A stretch of DNA of 62,860 bases, the filler included, from Welwitschia mirabilis (Eukaryota), in assembly GCA_051453625.1 (NCBI GenBank). It is 11 parts of one record of this genome, joined end to end, with 100 filler letters (N's around TTAATTAATTAA, not from the genome) between each part and the next. Parts side by side here need not be neighbours in the genome. Positions count along the whole stretch, not along the records: positions 48,985 to 56,221 come from JBOZIK010000001.1; positions 56,322 to 59,726 come from JBOZIK010000001.1; positions 59,827 to 62,860 come from JBOZIK010000001.1; 8 more parts are not named here. One strand, 5' to 3'. The notes under the pieces are model-generated. The model was not told where the DNA came from and ran no database searches. It worked only from the letters and a program-made list of their open reading frames with translations. Position numbers and translations under genes: made by a program. Shown here piece after piece: positions 53,171 to 62,860 of this stretch. Numbering within the stretch: the first letter of the stretch is position 1; each line of letters opens with the position of its first letter.

Positions 53171-53759
53171 AGAATGAGAAAGAATCCTCAAAGATGGATT
53201 AAGCCCATGATTTTTGGGAAGAAATCTTCCAAATCTCATGAGAGGCTTAGCAAGAAAAATAATGTTAAGGAGATCACAAAAAAACTAGGTAACATGGGGC
53301 ATATCAAAAGAAAAAAATGGTAGATCACCAAAATAAATCAGTAGATGATAAGAGGACAATCAGAGGAAAAATGCCAAGAGAAGAGGAGCTACCAAAAAAA
53401 TGCAGAGATCAATATCAAACAGCATTGTGGATGCACACCATAGAGTAGGAGAAAATGGCAAAGAAAAAAAAAGCCAATTAGATGCAACGCATAGCAAAGC
53501 AGGCCAAAAGAGAGGCAGTGCTAGGAACAAAAATCAGAGTGCATCACAGAGGATGAAGAATAGGGGAATAAGGAAATCTAGAGAAGGAGACGACGCTAGA
53601 CATAGGCATCACAAATGCAACACACAATGCAAGAAGATTAGACAAAAGACGCCATTGAAAAATAAAGACATTAGAAATAGCACAGTGAAACATAGTAGGG
53701 AGAATAAGGGACACAGACAAGTAGATCACGTAGGAGGCTAGTGCACATCATAGAGATGA

Positions 53760-54212
53760 GCCAAGTTACCTTTCTAATTTTCCAAAAAAAAATCATAATT
53801 TCTTATTTCTTTGGTTATCAAACAAATAAATCTTGTATTGCATCATTGCTTCAAAATTTTTTTTTTTTTAATATGTCCTATTTCTGTTAAACTTTTTTTC
53901 ATTTATTAGATTAAAACCTCTATTTTTTTAATTATCAAAAAAAGAAAAATTATAAAATCGTAATGAGACCATAGTTTAATCTATAAATTTGTAAGCAAAA
54001 TCAGACTTTTTTTTAATTAAGTATTTTTTTCTATATAAATTACCAGCTTTTTTTTTAAATTAGATTCATATTCTCAAGTGTGCTATCTTTACAAAAATTA
54101 TCTTAATTTAGGACTCCAATATCAGATCAATAGTACTTAGCTTAAAACATTTTTTTTTAAATTCCCAGTGGCATATCATAATTAATTTACATTATGAAAA
54201 ATTGTCATAACA
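53760..54212 (+). mobile_element. 3' part of the 5' LTR of a Tat-clade Gypsy (5' boundary undefined)
   Basis: Ends aaaattgtcataaca, 4 nt before the PBS. Confidence 0.6.
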
Positions 54213-54216
54213 GTTT

Positions 54217-54231
54217 TGGTGCTAGAAGGAG
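54217..54231 (+). promoter_or_regulatory. Primer-binding site, tRNA-Asn type
   Basis: TGGTGCTAGAAGGAG vs TGGCGCTAGAAGGAG, the complement of the plant cytosolic tRNA-Asn 3' end as I recall it. Confidence 0.8.
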
Positions 54232-54339
54232 AGACCCTCGTGTAGTTCTTTTATTGTTCTGTTATCGTTTTCTTTAAATCATGCCTTTTTGTTTTACTTT
54301 ACCTTTGCCTACCACCTTATTGCATTCCACAATAGCCAT

Positions 54340-56221
54340 AATGTTGATGTCAATCCACGAGAAAAAAAGCCTACATCTCTAAAGACGAGGCTAAGGTACT
54401 CATCTAACAGCATCCTTTGACCCTCAACCCTGATGAACTTCATATCATAAATGACTACAGGAGTTACTGGGAAGGCTACCTAACCCATCTCATCTAAATA
54501 ACTTAATCTTTAGCAATTAAAAAACTCATGCTTTCAGACAATGAGAACAAGGTTCTCCCTGAAGATCCCTTTTTATAGAAATATGATGAAAACCATGAAT
54601 TTGTAAATAAATGGGGTCGTGACGAAAAACCTTAGACATCATAAAAACTTTGACAATAAATCTTAAAGAAAGATTATAATGATGATAGTCTATTTGAATA
54701 TGAAACTAATGATGACAAACCACCAAAAACTCAATAATCTAAGAATGATAAACCCTCAATCCATTTAATAGAATTAAACATGTTATGGGTGGCCATCAAT
54801 GACATCAAATAAGGCCTCTAAACTAAGAAGAATTAACTCAACATAGACTTCAATGACATACCAATTCATCCTTTTGTTTATTATAAATTCATTTCGCCTA
54901 GTAAAATGCTCGATTTCGAGAAATTCATAGGTTTCGAAGATCCTATTATTCATGTTAGAAACTTCAAACACTTTTGTAACATGTATAATATAGACGAAAT
55001 ACTGCATTCCATCTATTTGGTCAATCTTTCTGATGACAAGCCCTTGAGTGGTACCATCACCTGCCGGCTCATTTCATTATAAGTCTTAAACAACTATTCA
55101 AGATGTTTGTACAACATTATTTGATAAACATCATTAAGAGAATGACATTAGATTCATTGATAATGATGAAACAACAATTTAATGAAAGCATTCAAGACTA
55201 CACTCGATGATGGAGGGTTATTTCCTTACAATTAGAAACCCCATTGTAGATTCTGACATGGCATATTTCTTTATCAAGTCATGCATTTCATATGTCTTAG
55301 AACATATTAGGATGCAAGCATTCAAACCATTTAAATAAGTGGTGATGTTAGCAAGAAGAATTAAAGTTGTAGGTAAAGAAAAATGCACCATAAAGTATAG
55401 TAATACATCACAAGGTGAATCGACAAGAAGAGACAATAACAACAATAACACAAAATCGAATAACTCAAAGAACATAGCAGTAGTTGACCAAACTTCACAA
55501 CCTCCTCAATCAAGTTATGCATCTCAATCAATCGGTAGTCCAATAGCATAACAGTTTCAACCATAACTTCCTTTCCCTTCAAACGCTTTTACACTTCAAC
55601 CAGTTTCAGGAGAATGTTGTTACTTGTCTACTCAACAATTACAAAGTTTTCAACAAGCACAACTATCTAGAAAACAACAATTCCAGTCACCTCAACAACA
55701 ATCTCAAACATAACAACGAACATATACAACTCAAAACTAGAACCAGAATCAATCTGAAAACAAGAATGTAATTCAAAAACTTAGGAGAAACTTCACTAGG
55801 TTAAAAATTCCATTAATAAAGATCCTTAGAATTTTACTATAAAAGGGGGCAATCTAACTACCTTCAATTAGGAAAAAAGGTCCAAACACACTAAAACCTA
55901 AGAGCTATGATGAATTAAAATACTATGAATATCATAAGATTAGTAGACATTACATAGAAAACTGTTTTAACTTAAAACATATTGTCCAAGATATCATCAA
56001 GAACAAAAAAGACATTAAGTTTGATATAATCCTCATAGCTGCAAATGAAGGGCTCGAGATTTATAAAAACCCCTTTTTAACTCAAGCTTTACATCACAAA
56101 TACCACAAAATGTGGTGGTTCAATATGATAATGCCCCATATGCAATTTTGGTAATTGAAGGACAATCGATAAAATCATTAGAATAAATCATCTAAGAAAA
56201 CAAGTAGAATCTACAATGGTT
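54340..56221 (+). pseudogene. Tat/Ogre-clade Ty3/Gypsy gag remnant
   Basis: SKMLDFEKFIGFEDPIIHVRNFKHFC (~54900), FHLFGQSF**QALEWYHHLPAH, MMKQQFNESIQDYTR*WR, and decayed knuckle YDELKYYEYHKISRHYIENCFNLKHIVQDII (55906-55998). Confidence 0.87.
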
Positions 56222-56321
56222 NNNNNNNNNNNNNNNNNNNNNNNNNNNNNNNNNNNNNNNNNNNNTTAATTAATTAANNNNNNNNNNNNNNNNNNNNNNN
56301 NNNNNNNNNNNNNNNNNNNNN

Positions 56322-57386
56322 TTTCAAAAGACAAATCTAAATCTTATAAAATAAGATCATAAAATCACATAGATAAATAATAAGTAATGCATAATGTATA
56401 TGTAAATTTTGAAAATTTTATCTCATAAAAGATCTGAATTACATTAAAAAGTTTTGAAAATCCCCTAAAGAAAAAGCAATACGTTCCATATTGGAAAATA
56501 AAGCAAATAAAGTAAATAGGAGTGAGAAGGCAGGTAAAAGAGTACAATTTTCTAAATGAAGTGCAAAGATGAGTAATGCCAGATTTGAAAAATATAGATC
56601 TATGAAATATTCTGACAAGTAAAGTAAAAGAGTAATTAATAAAAATGTTTCATTACAAAAAGAACATGAGCAGTTCTTACAACACCAAAAATCTGAAGAA
56701 AATACTTATCTAAGCAAAAATTATCTTTTATTGAAAACTTTGAACATGCTAAAAAAATATGGTAATGACTTTAAAATAACTAACTAAACCACAAAAGAAA
56801 ACAACAAGAATGGGCATAAGATAACATAAATAAATGATAGCTCACCAATCTAATATTTTAACCTAGCAGATTCTCATGAAAAAAATTATAACATCACTTG
56901 ATGTAGAAAATTCATGACTTAATGTATAAAAATTCTATTCAATAAGGAAGTGATTATGTTGACACTAGAGTAAAATGATTTAAACAATGAATGATTTGAC
57001 CAAAGAATTTCTTAAAAATGAACTCTCCTACCATCATCTCAAAACAAACACCCAAATCTCAAGAAATGAAATAATCATGTGGAAAGACTAAGAGTCTAAA
57101 AAAAAAAGAAATATATCTAATGATACCAGGAACATCATTGATCCCATGGCTTTAAAGTTTAAATACAATTTTATTATCTATGATGAGAGGATTGCAATCA
57201 TAGTCAGAGAAGTAAGAACATATGATGTATAACCAATTGACCTCTCAGTGAAGTTCTCACAACTACCATATTACACTACCAAAGGCTNNNNNNNNNNNNN
57301 NNNNNNNNNNNNNNNNNNNNNNNNNNNNNNNNNNNNNNNNNNNNNNNNNNNNNNNNNNNNNNNNNNNNNNNNNNNNNNNNNNNNNN

Positions 57387-57456
<70 letters not shown>

Positions 57457-58755
57457 TTGAAAACAAAATAACATTCCACATAACCAAACACTCCCAAAGA
57501 CAAAGGTAAAAATTGCAAGATTAAGATAGAAAAGAACACCTATAAACAATCTAGGATCTTTTCACCATTAAGAAAAACATAAAAAATAAAGCATACTCCT
57601 TCAATTTTCATGGACGTGTGAATGTCCTAAGATTAGGTGAATCCAATCTTACCACTATAGGTGCCTAAGTGAAAAGACTAATCATGGAAACAAATACATA
57701 AAGCATGTTTGAAAGATAATCAAGTAATGTCATAATAATCTTCAAAGGAAAAAGATAAGAAAAAATTCAAATGGTTAGCTCATGTAATCCCAAACTTTTT
57801 CCATTTTATTTCTGCATTTCTTAAGCAATCAAGTTAGAAATCTTAATGGAGCCATAAAAATGTATTTTTTAAAATAGTAGAAAATAAAAATTAATATTTT
57901 ATTGATTGTCATCCTACTCATTATCTAAACGATAGAGGGAACGATAGAGATAAAAGGAAAAAAACTTAAAAACATGGAAAATTATTAGAAAACTGGAAAA
58001 GTAGCAAAACTAACTATTGTTCTCATTGTCATGTGGATGATGTAAGAGATGATAGATTATTATGATAGAAAAGAAAATTAAAAATTCAGATTGTGAATAG
58101 AAACAAAAACTAAAAACTAAAAATGAAGACTATAAAAATAGGAAACTGAAAATCAAATCAAAAGTATTAAAAAATCCAAAAGAAAAGATTAAGGCAAGCA
58201 AACTGTATTTAAATCCCAAAAATCTAACTCACACTTTTATTGAAAAGAAAGAGAGAAAGCAAAAAAAAAAAAGATGGTCTCAAGATATTTGTATTCTTTT
58301 AACAAAATGATGTCCAAACCAAATATTTACTAATTCATAAAACATGAAAGGTATGTAATCATTTTTTAGTAAAATCAATTGGGAGAAGAGAGAGTAACAA
58401 GATAATATCTGGATAGCAGAATTTTCCAAATTTAAATAAGATATAAAGGAAGGGTAAGTGTGATTAAAAGATAATCTCTTATAAAAACTTTGTAAATATT
58501 AAGCATTATTAAAAAAGATATGTAGAAAGGGATTCAAAGAAAGTTTCTAAGATAATTTTAAAGGATTTTTAAAATGTTTCCTAAAATTTGATTTAAGATC
58601 TGGATTCTTAAGAGGAAAATAACACTTTTTTAATTTTACATAAGCACATAACAATTTTTACAAGCATTAATGTAAGAGACAAAAAATTTCATACAACTTA
58701 TGAAAAAAAATCTCTTATTAAACTCATGATATAAAAGATTTGAAACATAGATTGC
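56322..58755 (-). mobile_element. Internal/3' region of a second pol-less Athila-like derivative
   Basis: 57130-57720 matches the 3' NCR; reverse complement of 58310-58580 matches 43960-44220 of element D; no RT/INT between them. Confidence 0.68.
57387..57450. repeat. (CT)n microsatellite, about 32 visible units
   Basis: Perfect ct repeat at a gap edge. Confidence 0.97.
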
Positions 58756-59726
58756 TATTGTGGTGTGTATTTGTGCAAGCTTTTGTGTTCAAAGAGATCC
58801 TATTATTAAGAATCAAAATATATATTCTACATAATACATCATACTAATATAATGAGGGTTAACCTGAAATTTTGTATTCATGTTAAAGTCTATAAGTATG
58901 AGACTTAGGTTTCTTTACAAAATAATAGGAACCAGAAAGTAAACAACAATGCAAGAAATGAAGGTACAATGCAAGATGTAAAATGCAATCTAAATTAACA
59001 TGCAATGAAAAATAACCCTAACTCTACTTGCTTTCAGCCTTAACAAATGCTATACTTGATAATTTATATCACCCAAGAAATTGTCACTATATCAAGGGAA
59101 ACATATACTATAAGGGTCATAAGAAAATCTAACATGCAAATATGAAATAAAACAAGGTTTTATATTAAGGAGTAATAAGTATTTTGGTTACAAAAAAGCC
59201 AGGTCTTAATGGAAGATACTCAACCCTCCACCAAGTGCATGTCTTTCTACAATGCTTAAGATAGATCTCCGTCCTTCACTCTCCTATCACGAGAATGTCC
59301 GGTGCATCGAAGATGAGAAGGAGAGTCGAAGCAGCCTTATTTATAGAAAAATATAGTAGAAAAAAATATACAGTCGGTGTAGTTAATTATGCTTATGAAT
59401 GACTTAGAAACAGATGAAAAAACTAAGGGAATCTATCAGTGACAGTTACATGTTAGTGTCGTTCAGCCCAGACGACATGGGGGATGACAATACATCATAA
59501 AATATCTTTGAAATGATGACTTAGCAGTCCACATCAGCAATTGTCATCCTACCTGTTGTGTGAACAACGAAGGGGATGACAGTCTTCTTTAATGATTTTC
59601 TTGAGGAGAAACTCAGCATTTTTGTCATAAAAACACTGTTCATCAGAAAGTACCTTTAATGCACCAATTCTGAATAAGAATTGCACTTTTTTGAGATTTC
59701 CTCTTGTATCTCTAAAATCCTCAAAA
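58756..59726 (-). mobile_element. Athila-like LTR (probable 3' LTR of element E), inserted in the derivative
   Basis: Terminus tattgtggtgtg; collinear with 62436-62860. Confidence 0.85.
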
Positions 59727-59826
59727 NNNNNNNNNNNNNNNNNNNNNNNNNNNNNNNNNNNNNNNNNNNNTTAATTAATTAANNNNNNNNNNNNNNNNNN
59801 NNNNNNNNNNNNNNNNNNNNNNNNNN

Positions 59827-61960
59827 TAGGCTCTATTCTATCCTGCAAACCAAGTCTCTTACAAATGTAAAGTGGTATAATGTTAACAATCTCTTCAATG
59901 TTAATCGAAGATTTCCTTATATTTTTGTTTCCCTCTATAGTAACATTCACTGTTGATGTTCCCAGATCTTTAAACTTGGATGATTTTTGTAACACTAAAT
60001 TTGTAAGGGATTGAGTAAGAAAGATTTTACTAGGGCTGACTCATTTTTATTTTCTTCTAATTAAGTCTTTCCATAGTTTTGAGTACTCCTTATTTTCTTG
60101 TAAAACTTTTTAAAATGATAAGTTTATGCTTATGTTTTTCATCNNNNNNNNNNNNNNNNNNNNNNNNNNNNNNNNNNNNNNNNNNNNNNNNNNNNNNNNN
60201 NNNNNNNNNNNNNNNNNNNNNNNNNNNNNNNNNNNNNNNNNNNTATTTTCTTGTAAAACTTTTTAAAATGATAAGTTTATGCTTATGTTTTTCATCAATG
60301 ATTTTAAATGTTCATTAAAAGTTGAGTTGTTGTTAAGCCTATTAAGCCAAGGGATAGAAGAACTTTTCTTTTTCTTTTTTCCAAGAGAAGAGAAGTTGTA
60401 ATCATCTAAAATCTCAATGTCCTATTCCTCTTATTTTTTATTGTCTTGTGAGATGAAAGGTTCATATGGAGGAGGGTTTGTTTCTTGTCCACTTATTGTC
60501 ACAACCTTGCAATCACTTCATAGTTCATTTGGGTTGAGTAAAGGTTGTATAGGTAAAGCTCTCTGTGATCTTTGATTTGCTAAGATTGTTTGTTGAAAGA
60601 CGTTTGCCATATTCTCTATGTTGATATTTGTTTTTCTAAGTTCATCCATAAGGTTTGTGAGTTGATCATTTAGATATTGAAAGTTTGATGAACTTGGCGA
60701 GTAGTTTGCATTTCTGAATTAGTTTCTAAAAGGTTGAAAATTATTTTAAAAATGAGTGTTCAAATTTGGTTATACTTGATTTTGGTTTCAAAAGTCTTAA
60801 AATGGTTGATTAAAAGCACAAACTTCTTCATGAATTCTCTCTTTGTAAGTTAGTAAAAGAAGATAATTTTTGATGACATGATAGTTATCTTCACATAAAT
60901 CATAAGTTGATACAACATTTTTTTTGTTGTAGCTTTAGCATCTAAGATTGTTTCCACATACTTCTCTAAGGTGATTGTAAAATCTTTTATAAAATTTGTA
61001 AAGTTGTCTTCTACCTCTTTTTGTTGCTTCACCTATTTTAAGTCCTTGATGAGTTGGCCTACTGTTTGATTTTCTTTAGGTATTGATCAAGTTTTACTAA
61101 CCTCTACAAGTTCTTCTAATTTTTTTTAGGCATGTTATAAAGTTAGGTTCATGAGGTTTTCACCATAAAAAAAATCTACAAGTTGTTTCATATAGGAAGT
61201 CAATTTACTATAAAAATGATCTAGTTGTTCTACTCTTGAAAAGGCATCTATTGGATTAGAGTGGAGTGCTATAAAGAAACATTCATAAGTAGAGGTATAA
61301 TCTTTATTTGGTTTTTGTTATAACTTTATTACCTCTTTTTTTCTTTTTCTTACGATTTCTTTACTAATAAATCTCTTTACAAAGGTTTCTTAGACTTGAT
61401 CCAATGTTTTTAAGCTTTTGTGGCAGATAGTTTTTAGCCAAAGTTTAGCCCTACCCTTTAATGTCATGGGAAAGATTACCATATATATTGTATCTATTAT
61501 TTTTTTCTTTCCATTTCTTAAGATAACGATAAGTTATTCAATATCTCTAATGTGTTAAAGAGGATCCTCATCATCTTCTTTATTAAAAGTTGTATAGGCA
61601 TGTAAATTTTTAAGCTTGACATCCTCTCCTAGGAGTAGGTCAAAAGGTATTTGAATTTTTCTTTTCTTATTGACTAACAATTCCCTCAGGGTAAGATTTG
61701 TATTAGGGGTAGAAGATCCTACAACTTGTTTTTGTTTATGGGAGGTACACGATATTGCAAATTGGTTTTTTCCTTCTATAGGTTTTTGTTAATAAAATCT
61801 AATTTAGAAAAAATTAGTTCAGAAGGAGATTTGAGTGCATCTGGAAATCGCTCTTCTAATTTATTTTCTATTTCCACCAATCCTTCTTTGATGTTTTCTT
61901 CTATTAGCTACTTTTCTCTTAGATATTTATTTTTTATGTTAACTATATCATAGCATCCTA
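59827..61960 (-). pseudogene. Athila-like gag-protease remnant, element E
   Basis: FNKEDDEDPL.HIRDIE, FPMTLKGRAKLWLKTI, LQKSSKFKDLGTSTVNVTIEG..VNIIPLYICKRLGL. Confidence 0.88.
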
Positions 61961-62414
61961 CTAATAGAAGATAATAGAAAATATATTAAAAATAATAGAT
62001 TGTTGTCCTATCTATTGTGGGGATGGCAGAAGAGATAACGCACATGGAAACAAAAAAGTAAAAATAGAACCAAAACTAAAATAGAAAGTAGAAAACACAG
62101 AAAAATGCTTGTCATCCACCTTATCATCCAGACATCACAAAAGATGATAGAAAACTAATTTATTCTGAAAAATTATAATCCAAAAATAAAACCAAAAAAA
62201 AAAAAAACACACTATCTCCTGACTGTTATGCATATGACAGAGGGAACGACCACACTTTTTTACAAAAAACTGAAACTATAAAATTGAAACTAAAAAATAG
62301 CACATAGAAAACCTACAATTCCTAATAAAATACAATGTTGCATAAATAAATAACCAAACTAAGATCCGATATATTTATCTAAATGATGACAATCCTTGTA
62401 CTTCTCAATAGCCC

Positions 62415-62432
62415 TCCCTAGCAATAGTGTTG
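62415..62432 (-). promoter_or_regulatory. Degenerate tRNA-Asp-type PBS
   Basis: tccctagcaatagtgttg vs TCCCCGGCAACGGCGCCA; transitions only; 3 nt from the LTR end. Confidence 0.65.
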
Positions 62433-62435
62433 ATT

Positions 62436-62860
62436 TGTTGCGGTGTGTATTTATATAAGCTTTTATGTTCAAAGAGATCCTATCATTAATAATCAAAATA
62501 GATATTCTGCATAATACATCACATTAGTATAATGGAAGTTAACCCGAAGTTTTATATCCATGGTGAATTCTATGAGTGTAATACTTAGGTTGCTTTGCAA
62601 AATAATAGAAACTAGAAAGTCAATTATAATGGAAGAAATAAAGGTATAATGAAAGATGTAAAATGCAATCTAAACTAACATGAAATGCAAAAATAACCCT
62701 AACTCTACTTACTTTCAACCTTAACAAAGACTGCCCTTGATAATCTATATCACCTAAGAAATTATCACTAGATCAAAGGCAACATAGACTATAAGGATCA
62801 TAAGAAAATATAACATGTAAATATGAAAATAAAATAAGGTTTTTATATTAAATAGTAACA
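62436..62860 (-). mobile_element. 5' LTR of element E (runs off the window)
   Basis: tgttgcggtgtg terminus at 62436, adjacent to PBS, leader and gag. Confidence 0.88.

Noticed and set aside
53400..53741. 113-aa basic ORF on the + strand
   Set aside because: Purine-rich compositional bias, no motif; more likely LTR or leader sequence
16889..59782. Ten identical TTAATTAATTAA palindromes, superficially like a repeat array or recombination sites
   Set aside because: Always centred in exact 44N+12+44N blocks: assembly joiners, not biology

Overview
AT-rich, CpG-depleted plant-type heterochromatin from a fragmented assembly: many N gaps plus ten artificial 44N-TTAATTAATTAA-44N scaffold joiners. 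I see no intact host gene, RNA gene or CRISPR array. Nearly all readable sequence is nested, decayed retrotransposon. (1) A dominant Athila-like Ty3/Gypsy family is present as about 15 LTR pieces and several gag/pol blocks on both strands, with 1.2-1.4 kb LTRs (TGTTGC...GCAACA), a tRNA-Asp-type PBS and a TAAGTAGGGGGCTA-type PPT. It includes a pol-less derivative seen in two copies. (2) Two Ty1/Copia remnants, one very eroded. (3) A Sirevirus-like Copia LTR abutting an L1-LINE remnant. (4) A Tat-clade Gypsy with a tRNA-Asn PBS and gag, preceded by a disrupted antisense reading frame of roughly 400-450 codons that I cannot assign to any family. The best leads are that antisense frame, the pol-less derivative with its acidic replacement domain, a conserved double hairpin in the Athila-like 3' non-coding region, and arrays of a 40-bp palindrome. 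All translations and alignments were done by eye, coordinates are approximate unless a terminus is quoted, and adjacency across joiners is not guaranteed.
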